From a virus: DNA of 64,000 nt. Position numbers and translations under genes: made by a program. This document shows positions 50,894 through 62,400 of the stretch, one piece after another (position 1 is the stretch's first letter; each line of letters starts with the position of its first letter). The DNA lies in the IMG/VR virus record IMGVR_UViG_3300020057_000027, positions 64,001 through 128,000 of that record. One strand, given 5' to 3'. The notes beneath the pieces were generated by a model. It ran no database searches and was not told the DNA's origin. It was given only the letters and a program-made list of their open reading frames with translations.

Positions 50894-52816
50894 ATGGAAA
50901 GTAATTGGTTCGGAAAAGAAATGATATGGTGGAAAGGCGTTGTCGAAGACCGCAAAGACCCATTGTTTCTTGGCCGTTGTAAAATCAGAATATTCGGCTG
51001 GCACACTCAAGATAAAACACAGATGCCGACTGAGGCACTTCCTTGGGCTCTACCAAGTCTACCTATTGATAACGGAAGAAGTCCTGTAGGGTTGCGCGAG
51101 GGTGATTGGACGTGGGGTTTCTTCATGGACGGTTCTGAAGCACAACAACCAATTGTGTGTGGTTTCACTCCAGGAATTCCCGAAGATAAAGCAGACCCCG
51201 AAAAAGGATATCACGATCCAACTCCAGAAGAAGAATTATTAAGCACTCTACAACCAAGACCTCCTGAGTTTTCTCCTATTATTGAAGCTGAAGAAGGTGA
51301 AGAGGGAGAAGCTGTAGTTGGGTTAGGTAGATTTGATGACCCGAATAAGTTGCCTGGAGAAAACGTTGCGTTTGGTGAATTAACGCAAGACTATGATCCA
51401 GCATTATATAAGTGGGACGTAAATCGTGATGGAAAATATGATGCCGTTGACGCACTTCAAATAAGTGATCCTGATGGTGATGGTATTCCCGGAACGGGAG
51501 CAGGCAGCGACGATATTTTTTCTGGTGGAGAAGTTACTACCATATCTTATCCGATGAGTAGGTATCCATTAGAGCCATTTTTAAATGAACCTACTACACC
51601 AAGAATATCAAGAAACGAAAAGATTGAAGAAACTATAGTTGCAAAAAAGAAAGGTGATCTTCAAACTGGTGATGCTGCCGCTCATGAAGCATTGGGTGTA
51701 GGTAGTGATCAGGGAGCAGAAGCAGAAGCGTTTGGTGAACCAGAAACACCATACGCAGCCAAGTATCCTTTTAATCACGTATATGAAAGTGAAGCTGGCC
51801 ATTATCAAGAAATAGATGATACTCCTGGCGCAGAAAGATTACATTCGTATCATAGATCTGGAACATTCAATGAAATACATCCTGACGGTACGCAAGTAAA
51901 CAAAGTAGTAAAAAAAGGCTTTCATTTTGTAGTAGAAGAACATAATTTTGCAACAAAGAGTTTTGCTAATTTTAGTGCTGCCCAAGCCTTTAGAATCAAT
52001 GCTGGCGCAGAGATGAATCTAAAATCCGGCGGCGACATGAATCAAGATGCTGGTGGCAACCATAATACTATTGTTAAAGGTGATTCTAATAATAGAATAA
52101 AGAAGAATTCATATACTGTTATTGAGGGTGATGTTAGAGTATTAGTAAAGGGTAACGTGTTTCTTGCCGTTGAAGGTAATTTAGAAACAAAAGTCGTCGG
52201 CAATATTTTATTAGACGCTGGCGGAGATATATGTTTAACTGCTGGTGGTGGTATACATACAACCGCTCCACAAATTCATATGGTAACTCCTGTTGTTGAA
52301 GCTAATGTTAAATTTGCTATGACGGCTGGAAGTTCTCCTATAGGACCTCCTCTGCCTGCAATACCACTACCTTGTACTCATATTAACACTGCTGATAATA
52401 AAGATAATCTGGTGGCAGAACCATTTACACCAAAAGAAGGTTTTGTTTGGGAAGAACACACAGGAGATTTATGGAAACCAATATCAGATAGTGATGGTAA
52501 TGCAGTTACTTTAAGTTTGACTTTGGGTGTTCCTCATTTCTTAGTAGAAGCACTTCCTACTGGAGCACTAGAGACAGTAACTATCAAATATAAACACAAA
52601 GATGGTAGAATAGTAGAATGGGAAGTTACAAGGCCAGTACATACACCAGGAACACGAATACTTGAAGCTGGTGTTTATAAAGGTAATGGCAACGGAGGTA
52701 GAGATCATTACCGTTGGAGTAAACCAGGAGCTGAATATCCAACACAGATGTTTTTACGTATCGGTTCATATCATCAATTAATACTTTCAGCGGATGTTAG
52801 ACATGAAGCTTTCTAG
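50894..52816 (+). CDS. 5: Baseplate hub/spike gp5-like, no recognisable lysozyme domain
   Basis: WWKGVVEDRKDP..LGRCKIRIFGWH OB fold; YPFNHVYESEAGH..EIDDTPGAER; beta-helix repeats. Confidence 0.9.
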   Translation: MESNWFGKEMIWWKGVVEDRKDPLFLGRCKIRIFGWHTQDKTQMPTEALPWALPSLPIDNGRSPVGLREGDWTWGFFMDGSEAQQPIVCGFTPGIPEDKADPEKGYHDPTPEEELLSTLQPRPPEFSPIIEAEEGEEGEAVVGLGRFDDPNKLPGENVAFGELTQDYDPALYKWDVNRDGKYDAVDALQISDPDGDGIPGTGAGSDDIFSGGEVTTISYPMSRYPLEPFLNEPTTPRISRNEKIEETIVAKKKGDLQTGDAAAHEALGVGSDQGAEAEAFGEPETPYAAKYPFNHVYESEAGHYQEIDDTPGAERLHSYHRSGTFNEIHPDGTQVNKVVKKGFHFVVEEHNFATKSFANFSAAQAFRINAGAEMNLKSGGDMNQDAGGNHNTIVKGDSNNRIKKNSYTVIEGDVRVLVKGNVFLAVEGNLETKVVGNILLDAGGDICLTAGGGIHTTAPQIHMVTPVVEANVKFAMTAGSSPIGPPLPAIPLPCTHINTADNKDNLVAEPFTPKEGFVWEEHTGDLWKPISDSDGNAVTLSLTLGVPHFLVEALPTGALETVTIKYKHKDGRIVEWEVTRPVHTPGTRILEAGVYKGNGNGGRDHYRWSKPGAEYPTQMFLRIGSYHQLILSADVRHEAF

Positions 52817-53093
52817 TAAACTTGCGGTCTTCTTAATTACACTTCAAGTGGCTGATGCTACTCTAACAGGTTTTGGTGTCAATACATTTGGAATAGGCGC
52901 AGAGGGTAATCCGCTAGTTAAATATGTTATGGTGGAGCTTGGTGTGATTCCGGGACTAATTTTAGTTAAGATGTTTGCTATTCTTTGTATTGGTTTACTG
53001 TGGAAAGCTAAAGCCACTAATATTATATTATTTTTATCGGGCCTATATACTAGTATAGTAATAATGTGGTTACTTGCATTTTACTACAACTAA
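52803..53093 (+). CDS. DUF5658-like membrane protein
   Basis: DATLT..G....EGNP; three hydrophobic helices. Confidence 0.65.
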   Translation: MKLSSKLAVFLITLQVADATLTGFGVNTFGIGAEGNPLVKYVMVELGVIPGLILVKMFAILCIGLLWKAKATNIILFLSGLYTSIVIMWLLAFYYN

Positions 53094-53113
53094 AATTAAG
53101 TATATGGAATATT

Positions 53114-53365
53114 ATGAAATTGTCAGGGCCGATAGTAGAAAAGAACGCTAAGGGAGAAACAGTAGTTCATTTAGAAGCAGTAGAAGAGTTTCTTGATTAT
53201 AGTGAAAGGTTAGAAGAAGCTGTAAATAGGTTTGGCGAGATATTGAATTCCAAAGAATTCAATGAAGCATTGGTGGATGTATATGATCCAGAGAGAACAC
53301 CATCTTCAGAAGTAATAATACAAACAGCATTAACACTTAAGAACATCTTGGCCAAAGTGGTATAA
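53114..53365 (+). CDS. Hypothetical protein
   Basis: ORF before gp25. Confidence 0.5.
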   Translation: MKLSGPIVEKNAKGETVVHLEAVEEFLDYSERLEEAVNRFGEILNSKEFNEALVDVYDPERTPSSEVIIQTALTLKNILAKVV

Positions 53366-53368
53366 ATA
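53361..53368 (+). promoter_or_regulatory. T4-type late promoter
   Basis: TATAAATA upstream of gp25. Confidence 0.75.
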
Positions 53369-53400
53369 ACTCTTGGATATACCAAAAGGTTAATATACTC

Positions 53401-53790
53401 ATGCCTGTAGTTAAGAAATATAAAGATTTAGACTTAGACTTTATACCTCATCCCGTATCTGGAGATCTTTTACCGTTGAAAGATGCTGATGCGGTTAAAC
53501 GTTCTGTTAGAAATCTCATACTAACTGGTCTATATGAAAGAGTCTTTCAACCTAAAATTGGTTCAGGCGTTAGAGAGTTATTATTTGAGCTTATAAATCC
53601 ATTAACACAAAAGAGTATTGAAATAGCTATTGAAGACGTTTTAAGAAAACATGAAAAAAGAATAACTTTAATATCTACATTGGCCTCAGTTAATACAGAA
53701 GAAAATGGTTATAATATAACAATAACATTTTCAGTAGACGCTATATCAGAAATATTGGTTGTTGATATGTTCTTAGAAAGAGTAAGATAA
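53401..53790 (+). CDS. 25: Baseplate wedge gp25
   Basis: YKDLDLDF..HP, AVKRSVRNLILT...ER.FQP.IGS, FLERVR. Confidence 0.93.
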   Translation: MPVVKKYKDLDLDFIPHPVSGDLLPLKDADAVKRSVRNLILTGLYERVFQPKIGSGVRELLFELINPLTQKSIEIAIEDVLRKHEKRITLISTLASVNTEENGYNITITFSVDAISEILVVDMFLERVR

Positions 53791-53793
53791 AAA

Positions 53794-55593
53794 ATGGCAC
53801 AAATAAAATACACCGAATTAGACTTTGCTAAGATTAAAGATAATCTAAAGACATTCTTAAAATCACAAGATCAATTCAAAGATTATGATTTTGATGGTGC
53901 TGGTATTTCGGTGCTACTAGATCTATTGGCATATAATACTGCCTATAACGGTTTCTATCTAAACATGCTTGCTAGTGAAATGTTTCTTGATAGTGCTGTT
54001 CTTAGAGATAGTGTAGTATCAAGAGCAAAACATTTAGGTTACACTCCACGATCAGTTCGTTCAAATGTTGCTACTATTGATTTAGAAATCTTTCCAGCTT
54101 TCGGTCCAGGAGCAACATCCCCGACAAGTATATTCATAGATACTACTCAAAAATTTTATGCTGTTGTTGATAATAAGAAATATATCTTCAGTCCAAAACA
54201 ATCTATATTAATACAACCTAATGCTGGTAAATATCTTGCTACAGGTTTAGAACTAATTGAGGGAACAAGATTAACCCATAGATGGACTTTTGATGCGTCA
54301 TTAAGCATAAAACAGAGATTTATTATACCTAATAGTAATATAGATACCACTCAATTAAAAGTTACTGTACAAGATTCAGAAACTAATAATACAATAAGAT
54401 CATATAATCTGCACGAAGATATAAATGAATTAACTCCTGAGTCGCAAGTGTATTTTCTGCAAGAGGCAACAGATAAAAAATATGAAATTATTTTCGGTGA
54501 TGGTGTAGTAGGTAAAGGTTTAATTGATGGCAACATTGTTATTGTAGATTATATTGTTTCATCTGGCAGCTTATCTGTTGGCGCAAAGAAATTTGTTCCT
54601 GTAGAAAAAGTTGGCGGTTATGATCAATCAACAATTGTTTGTACTATTCCGGCCAAGGGTTTTACTGAGCAAGAAAGTATTGATAACATTAAAAGATTGG
54701 CACCATTAAATTATGATGCACAAAATCGAGCAGTAACTAGATTAGATTATGAGACATTAGTAAAGAAAGATATACCATCAATTCAATATCTCAGAGTATG
54801 GGGAGGAGAAGATAATGTACCTCCACAATATGGAAGAGTATTCATGTCGCTCAAGCCATTTACTGGAACATCATTATCTGAAGATCAAAAAGCGGCTTTA
54901 ATTGAAGCATATATTAGACCTAGAAATCCAATTTCAATCGAAGTAAAAATTGTAGAGCCTGATTATCTAAGATTGCAGATAGAAAGTTTAATATTATATA
55001 AGAGTAGTAATACTATTTTATCTGAAGCTGATATTAAAAATAAAGTTAAAGATGCTATTATAGCATTTAGATCTGCTGAATTAAATGGGTTTGACGCAGA
55101 TTTTAGATATAGTAAGTTTGTTCAAACTATTGATGAAGCTGATATAGCTATTGAAGGAAATTTAACTAATATTAAAATGAAATATCGTATATTTCCTCCA
55201 TTCAATGTACCAACAAAATTTGAAATCAGCTTGAATAACTCAATAGATAAAGGTGATGCGGCTAACGGTTTAGCATCTATAGTTAGTAGTGCTTTCATAT
55301 ATAAAGGTAATACAACATTTGCAGGGGATGATGGTAAAGGTGTATTATCATTATTTCGCATAGTAAATGATCAAAAAGTTACCATAGAAAATAATATCGG
55401 AACCGTCAACTATGAAACTGGAGAAATAGTTTTAGATGGCTTCTTAGTTCAAAGCATTCCAGATAATAAAGACTATGTTGATTTTGTTATTGTACCTAAA
55501 GTACAAGACGTTGAATCATTACGTAACCAGATCCTTTTAATGGAAGATGAAGATATAATTCTGGCAACTAAAGATCTGAATAAAAAGGTTTAA
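53794..55593 (+). CDS. 6: Baseplate wedge gp6
   Basis: ELDF..IK.NL, DYDFDG, LLAYNT, EMFLDSA, QNRAVT..DY, WGGED. Confidence 0.95.
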   Translation: MAQIKYTELDFAKIKDNLKTFLKSQDQFKDYDFDGAGISVLLDLLAYNTAYNGFYLNMLASEMFLDSAVLRDSVVSRAKHLGYTPRSVRSNVATIDLEIFPAFGPGATSPTSIFIDTTQKFYAVVDNKKYIFSPKQSILIQPNAGKYLATGLELIEGTRLTHRWTFDASLSIKQRFIIPNSNIDTTQLKVTVQDSETNNTIRSYNLHEDINELTPESQVYFLQEATDKKYEIIFGDGVVGKGLIDGNIVIVDYIVSSGSLSVGAKKFVPVEKVGGYDQSTIVCTIPAKGFTEQESIDNIKRLAPLNYDAQNRAVTRLDYETLVKKDIPSIQYLRVWGGEDNVPPQYGRVFMSLKPFTGTSLSEDQKAALIEAYIRPRNPISIEVKIVEPDYLRLQIESLILYKSSNTILSEADIKNKVKDAIIAFRSAELNGFDADFRYSKFVQTIDEADIAIEGNLTNIKMKYRIFPPFNVPTKFEISLNNSIDKGDAANGLASIVSSAFIYKGNTTFAGDDGKGVLSLFRIVNDQKVTIENNIGTVNYETGEIVLDGFLVQSIPDNKDYVDFVIVPKVQDVESLRNQILLMEDEDIILATKDLNKKV

Positions 55594-55596
55594 TAG

Positions 55597-57681
55597 ATGA
55601 CTCAGTTTATTGACTTATCTGGTTTAGGTATTATCTCAGAAGAAAACTGGGCTTGGGTTATTCGACCTATTGGTATTGGTCCACTATTAGTTGGTACGCC
55701 CGAACTTAATTTAACAATATTCACTCCTTCTATAGTTTCACAAGAAACTTTTGGTTATCATAGTGTTGGTAACATTACATTAAATTCTAGTATAGCTGAT
55801 GCCAACAATACGTTTGGTATTCCTAATATTAGTAATACTTCAAGTGTTCCTTTAATATCATCTCAAATATATTCTCAGCTTCCTAGTTTTGTTAGAGAAG
55901 ATCATCCACATTTCATAAACTTCATGGAAGCATATTATGAATGGATGGAAAATTATAGAAATGTTCAATTTGATATAGCAAGATTAAAAACATATCAAGA
56001 TGTTGAAACTAGTATTGATATTTTTACAGAACAATTCTTTAAAGAATTTTTAACTAATATACCAAGAGGTATTGTTGCTGATAAAGAAAATGTTTTAAAA
56101 AACATTAGAGAGTTCTATCGTGCTAAAGGAACAGAAAAGTCATATAAGTTCTTTTTCAGAATATTGTTTAATATAGATGTTGATTTTTATTATCCTAGAA
56201 TAGACATGTTGCGAGTGTCTGATGGTAAATGGATTCAACCAATTACATTGCGTATCAGATCTACTGTGGGTAATCCTTTTGATTTAGTCGGTAGACGAAT
56301 TAGAGGACTAAACAATAATGCTTCGGCGTTTGTTGAACAAGTACAATTCGTTCAAGAAGGTTTCTTAACTGTATATGAATTATTTTTAAATCGTTCGAGT
56401 ATATCTGGTTTATTTGAAGGTGATGAAGTTATCAAAGCTGCGGATGTTGATATTGAAGGGGTAATTTATCCAATAGTAGATTCAATTAAAGTTGTGAGCG
56501 GCGGCGAAGGGTATTCAACCGGAGACCCTATATTGATTGGTGGGCCAGGCGTTGGAGCTACTGCTGTAGTTCAATCTGTTGGTAGTTTGGGTGCGATAAA
56601 GAAAGTTAAGATGACTGCTTTCGGAGCAGGATATACAAGTGCTCCACTAGTAACTGCTCCCGGAGGTACGGTAGTAGCATCATTAGAAGCAGTAATCGGC
56701 GCACAAACTAAGTATCCCGGATTCTTTTTAAATGAAGATGGTCAAATATCCGCATCAAAATATATTCAAGACGGTAAGTATTACCAACAATTTTCTTATG
56801 TAGTATTTGTTAATGAGTCTATAGAAAAATATAGAGACGCATTAAAGCGAATGATCCATCCTGCCGGTTTAGAGATGTTTGGTGGATTCAGATCTCAAGA
56901 ATTGATAGATGCTGGTGTAAACCTTTCTTCAAGATATGGACAGGTTGGCACTTCAATGCTTAGAATCCACGACCATTTTAAATTTGTTTGGGTGGTATTT
57001 GATATTAATAATCAACCATTGAATGTATTTGATAATGAACAGCTTGCTATACAGTGGTTAAAAGAGCTAGGAACCTTACCATACACCGAATATCTATCAA
57101 CCGACTATGTGGTGCTAGATGTAAATTTGAAAGTATTAGCTGTATTTGCTTCACAGATCGAAGCGCAAGACTGGTTGAACGATCACGAGTCTGAGTATCC
57201 AGGTACATTATTTCATATAAAAGAAAGAATAGACACTAGATTCAATTCTCAATATCTCCAAAGAAGAGATAGTAGACAAGTAAATCCATTTTATTTTGAT
57301 CCTATAGATGCTCGTATTAAATCACAACAAACAGAGCTTATTTTAATCCACGATCTATATGAAGGTATTAATCAAGCCAAACTTGGACCTTCTTACCGTT
57401 CTATTGAGCGAGATAAATTCACATATAGACCATTTGAGAAAACCGATATTACTGGAGAGTTGAATGGTGTTAATGCTGGCTATTGGGGTATTCAAGGTGT
57501 TTTTATATCTCAATTTGCTAATTATCAGATAAAAGACTTTAAAGATATAACAGTAAAAGAGATGACAGAAAAACCTTGGACGAAGATAAATATAATGCCT
57601 GAACCTATTGTTAGAAACAGTGACGGAACTAGCATTAACAGTTTAGAAAAGTTTGGAATAGCTGAAATCTCACACACTTAA
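55597..57681 (+). CDS. 7: Baseplate wedge gp7-like
   Basis: QLP.FVRED, AYYEW, FYRAKGTEKSY.FFFRILF, IQDG.YYQQFSY, HPAG. Confidence 0.85.
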   Translation: MTQFIDLSGLGIISEENWAWVIRPIGIGPLLVGTPELNLTIFTPSIVSQETFGYHSVGNITLNSSIADANNTFGIPNISNTSSVPLISSQIYSQLPSFVREDHPHFINFMEAYYEWMENYRNVQFDIARLKTYQDVETSIDIFTEQFFKEFLTNIPRGIVADKENVLKNIREFYRAKGTEKSYKFFFRILFNIDVDFYYPRIDMLRVSDGKWIQPITLRIRSTVGNPFDLVGRRIRGLNNNASAFVEQVQFVQEGFLTVYELFLNRSSISGLFEGDEVIKAADVDIEGVIYPIVDSIKVVSGGEGYSTGDPILIGGPGVGATAVVQSVGSLGAIKKVKMTAFGAGYTSAPLVTAPGGTVVASLEAVIGAQTKYPGFFLNEDGQISASKYIQDGKYYQQFSYVVFVNESIEKYRDALKRMIHPAGLEMFGGFRSQELIDAGVNLSSRYGQVGTSMLRIHDHFKFVWVVFDINNQPLNVFDNEQLAIQWLKELGTLPYTEYLSTDYVVLDVNLKVLAVFASQIEAQDWLNDHESEYPGTLFHIKERIDTRFNSQYLQRRDSRQVNPFYFDPIDARIKSQQTELILIHDLYEGINQAKLGPSYRSIERDKFTYRPFEKTDITGELNGVNAGYWGIQGVFISQFANYQIKDFKDITVKEMTEKPWTKINIMPEPIVRNSDGTSINSLEKFGIAEISHT

Positions 57682-57689
57682 ATTAGTGC

Positions 57690-57697
57690 TATAAATA
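57690..57697 (+). promoter_or_regulatory. T4-type late promoter
   Basis: TATAAATA upstream of gp8. Confidence 0.75.
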
Positions 57698-57718
57698 TTA
57701 CTAGAGGATAAAACTAAG

Positions 57719-59458
57719 ATGACCGCAATAATTAAAAATAGATTCAGAATACAGAACGCTAAAGACTTCTTAGAAAATCTTGTCGGTCATCCTAGAACAA
57801 GTGTTATAGGTAACACAATCAATCTTACTGGTGTAACCGAAGCAGAAAGAATTGCAGATCTTCAAACTGAAATTGGTTCTCATGCTGTAGATAGAAATTT
57901 ATATTTGTTTGTTGGTAGAGCTAGACCTTGGCCAACAGATCTTTTGAACGGAACTAATGAGTTGGCTCCACCTCTAGCTAAAGATACGATATCAGAAGAG
58001 TATCGTATTTGGGATGCTATGTTAGGTTTAAAGAAAGTCACTGAAACTTATTCTTCTCTTGTTGTTCCTAGATTTGATTGGGACGCTACAGGTGAAACTG
58101 TATATAAACCCTTTGACGATCAAGATAAAGATCTATTCAATCATCCAACTACTGCTGAAATTGCTGATGGTAATCTTAATAGCTATACCGCAGGATCTTT
58201 TTATGTATTGACTGATGAATATCATCTATTCAAATGTTTAGGTAATAATCTTTCAGCAAAATCTACAGTTAAACCACAAAAACCTTTAGCTGCTCCATTT
58301 ATATTTGAGGGCTCAGATGGTTATAGATGGAAGTATCTAACAACAATTACTCCCGGCCAGGTAGTTAAATTTTTAACTGAAAGATGGATACCTGTAGTTC
58401 AACTAGCAGAAGATGATGGTAGTTCACAATGGTTGGTTCAACAGGCTGCCACTGAAGGTACTATTGATACTTTTATTATTGATAATAAAGGTTCCGGATA
58501 TATTTACGTTCATTCAGGAACACTACAGGGGTTTAGCGGAACCACAGGTTCTTTAGATTCTGGATTTTCTATTGTGGCCTCAGCATATGTTGGAGCACAG
58601 ATTCATATAGTTTCTGGAACTGGAGCAGGCACAGTAAGAAACATTACATCATATGATGAAACTTTTGGTATTGTTACTGTAAATGTTGCTTGGTCTGTTG
58701 ACGGAAGTTCTGTATATGAAATAACGCCAAAACTTACTATTTCAGGAAACGGAACAGGCGCTACAGCCAAAGCAGTTGTTGAAACTCTTGCTGGGCCTGA
58801 CCAATATAAAATAACAAAAATTATTTCCACTGCTGGTGGTTCTGGTTACACTTTTGCTTCTGTGTCTATTACTGGAGCTGGTGGTTCTGGTGCTTCAGTG
58901 AGAGCGCAGATAGCTGCTCCGGGTGGTCATGGTTCAGATATAGAAAAAGAACTTGGTGCTTTCTTTGCCATGTTGAATGTTAGATTGAAATATGAAGAAG
59001 GTGCTGGAGACTTTCCTATATCTAATGACTATAGACAAATTGGAGTAGTTAGAGATCTTAGAAACTTAGATGGTTCTTTAGCGACTGAAGATACTCGTAT
59101 TGCTACAAAGAAATTAAATCTAACTGGTGTTAGTCCTGGTTTGGGTGGCGATTTTGCTCCAGATGAAGATATCACTACTGGTGGAGCTACTGCTAAAGTT
59201 ATAGATTATGTTGCTACTGGTCCTGGAACAGGAACAATAACTTTCTTTCAAGATGAAATAACAGGTTATGCTTCATTTGCTGGTGGACAAGTGGTTAGTG
59301 GTTTAACTAGTGGTGCTACAGGAACTATTGCTTTATCGGGAGTAATAAATGAAGAAATTAAAAAGAATGTTGGAGAAATCATTTACATAGAAAATCGTAG
59401 ACCTGTTCTGCGAGCCCCTGACCAGATAGAAGATATAAAAGCTATTATAGAATTCTAA
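57719..59458 (+). CDS. 8: Baseplate wedge gp8
   Basis: YLFVGR..PW, FYVLT....FKCL.N, DGYRWKYL, GGHG, IYIENR.P..R..DQIEDIK.IIEF. Confidence 0.9.
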   Translation: MTAIIKNRFRIQNAKDFLENLVGHPRTSVIGNTINLTGVTEAERIADLQTEIGSHAVDRNLYLFVGRARPWPTDLLNGTNELAPPLAKDTISEEYRIWDAMLGLKKVTETYSSLVVPRFDWDATGETVYKPFDDQDKDLFNHPTTAEIADGNLNSYTAGSFYVLTDEYHLFKCLGNNLSAKSTVKPQKPLAAPFIFEGSDGYRWKYLTTITPGQVVKFLTERWIPVVQLAEDDGSSQWLVQQAATEGTIDTFIIDNKGSGYIYVHSGTLQGFSGTTGSLDSGFSIVASAYVGAQIHIVSGTGAGTVRNITSYDETFGIVTVNVAWSVDGSSVYEITPKLTISGNGTGATAKAVVETLAGPDQYKITKIISTAGGSGYTFASVSITGAGGSGASVRAQIAAPGGHGSDIEKELGAFFAMLNVRLKYEEGAGDFPISNDYRQIGVVRDLRNLDGSLATEDTRIATKKLNLTGVSPGLGGDFAPDEDITTGGATAKVIDYVATGPGTGTITFFQDEITGYASFAGGQVVSGLTSGATGTIALSGVINEEIKKNVGEIIYIENRRPVLRAPDQIEDIKAIIEF

Positions 59459-59466
59459 TATAAATA
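59459..59466 (+). promoter_or_regulatory. T4-type late promoter
   Basis: TATAAATA upstream of the large structural gene. Confidence 0.7.
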
Positions 59467-59493
59467 GAATACAGACTTTGGTAATAAGAGAAT

Positions 59494-62400
59494 ATGACTA
59501 AAATAGATTTAAATCAATCACCATATTTTGATGATTATAATGAGAATAAAAAATTCTATAAAATCCTATTCCGTCCAGGAAGAGCAGTTCAAGCAAGAGA
59601 ACTAACACAAATTCAAACTGCTTTACAGAAGCAAGTTGAAAGAATGGGAAGACACATCTTTGAACAGGGTTCACAGGTTCTTCCAGGCTCTAAAGAAGGA
59701 GTTCGTTATATTAACAATAACGGCTTCATTAAAATTCCAAGAACCTCATATGCTAATACCTTAACTGAACTTAATACTTATTGGTTAGGAAAAGAAATAA
59801 TTAGTGCTAGTGGTGTTCGTGCTAAAGTAATCGGGGTTAGAGAAGCAGACACTATTAATGAAGCAAGATTATATCTTAACTATCTTAATGCTTCTACTAG
59901 CGGTTTAGTTACTTCTTTTGTTTTGGGTGAAATCATACAAACAGATGAAATAGTTCCAATTACAACTACTATTCCTGCTACTCAATATTCTATCGGTTTA
60001 ATATCTTCTGTTATAGTCGAAGAGGGTGTATATTTCTTTGATGGTAATTTTATTCTTGTTGATCAACAAACTGTTTTTATTACTCCGCCAGACACCGAAG
60101 ATCAAGCAACATGGAATAACCAACCAACGGCTTTGGTTGGACTTAAAATAACTGAAAGTGTTATAACATCCGATGACGATGAAACGCTATTAGATAATGC
60201 GTTGGGTTCACCAAACTATGCGGCTCCAGGAGCCGACAGACTTCATATATCTGCTGATTTAATTCAAGCTGCTTTAAACACTGACGATTCGGATTTTATT
60301 TCTCTTCTTAGAGTTGTTGATGGTGTTGTTCAAGCAAGAGTTATACGAACTGAATATTCAGTCCTTGAAGATACATTAGCTAGAAGAACAAATGATGAAA
60401 GTGGAGACTATAGTGTAGTACCATTTCAAATCCAGATTAGAGATTTCCTAAGAAATAATATTAATAATGGTATTCATAATGAAAAGGAATTTCATTTTGA
60501 TACTCAATTAGAAGCTCAAAAAATATCAATATCTACTTTTGGTTTAGCCGAGCCAGGAAATGCAGTGCTTCATCCTGATTTTATTTCAGTGTGGGTTCCT
60601 GGAACTTCATATAATACTGCTGGAGATGCTAGTTCATTTATTCAACTATGTGATGATCGATTAAGTATCAAAGTTGATCCAGGTAAAGCATACGTTAAGG
60701 GTTATGAAATTGAAAAACTTTCTACTACTATAATAGATGTTGTTAAAGCAAGAACATTACGATATAGAAATAATAAAACTATATCTACTCCTCTTGGAAC
60801 ATTTTTATATGTTAAGAAAATGTATGGAGCATTAACTCTTGAGACATATGACACTGTTGAACTTTATGATCGTCCTATAGTAACTGGAGGTGCATCTTCT
60901 GGAAATAAAATAGGCACTGCTAGAGTATTAGCCGTAGAATTTTTCAGTGGTGTTAATGGTAGTGTTGATGGAGTATATCGCCTATTTGTTTTTGATATGA
61001 AAGCCGATCCAGGCAAGTCACTTAGACAATTAAAATCTATATACTCACCAAATCCAACTTTTACTTGTGATTGTGTAACTCAAAATTTTAGATTAACTGG
61101 TTCTGTTGCTAAATTACCTAATCAATTAATTGGTACGGGAACATCTTGGAAAAACGATGAACTACAAAGACTACAAGCAGGAGATTTTGTTCAAGTAAGC
61201 CAAGGGCCAACAGCTACTATCTATAGACTCCTTTCTACTCCATCAAACGATAATGTGTTAGATGTTACCCCTAATCCAGCAGGAGCACTTTGGCCTGAGG
61301 GTTCTACTATAGATTATTCTTTTGTGTCTCCAGAAACCAATTCACAAAATTCGGGATTATTATTCAGACTACCAGATGATGTTGTATACACACTTCATGG
61401 GGGTTCACAAGGTTTTGTTGATACTTCTCTAGCTGGAATTGATACTGTATATACTTCACGTAGAGTTGTGGGTAATGGAGTTGTTCCTGTATCTGATGAA
61501 CTACAATTTACTTTATCTGATCCTAATGAAGAGTTTGAAGATTTTAATACTTCTGGATATGCAGTAATTAATCTTGGTGGATTATCTGGTGATTGGTTAG
61601 AACTTATTCCATATGTTGCAGGAAATCCTTCTGCTGGAAAATGTGAAGTTCAAGCACTTGGAGCACAAGTAACATTTCACTTAAATAATACTGATACGCT
61701 TTCTGCTGGTCTTAATGGGTTTTATGTAATCACTCCTGTAATACATAGTGGAAATTTTGCTTCAAAAGAAAGATCTAAAACTTTAGTTAAAGGTTCTTTT
61801 CCTCTTGGAGTATACTCTGGTGAAAGTGTAGTTAGTGCAGGCTCGGATGTATCAGAAATTTCTCTTGGTAGAGCAGACGTACTTAGAATAACTAGAGTTG
61901 TAGAATCTCAAAATTATACGTCAGTGCCAAGCGATTTAGAAGTTCTTCCTCCAACAGATAGAGATATTACTGGTCTTTATATTTTAGATGATGGTCAAAG
62001 AGATTATTTTTATGATATCGCTAAAGTAGTATTACGTCCCGGAGTAACCAGACCAAGAGGACGAGTAAGAGTAGAATTTGATTATTTTCAACATGGTACT
62101 TCTGGTAATTATTTCTGTGTAGATTCATATCCATTCAGAGGTCCTGGTAAGCAAATGGACTATGAAGAAATTGGCATATATGTTTCTGCTGATGGTACAG
62201 AATATGATTTAGCTTCTGCTGTAGATTTTAGACCTAGAGTAATAGAGCCTGGTGGTATTGGTTCTGGTTTTGCTACTACTCTTGAATTACCAAAAGAAAA
62301 TTTTAGATGTGATTATCACTTCTACGAAGGACGTATTGATAAACTATTCTTAGATAAGAGTAGTAAGTTTCTTATTAAGTCAGGAACTCCTGATGTTAAA

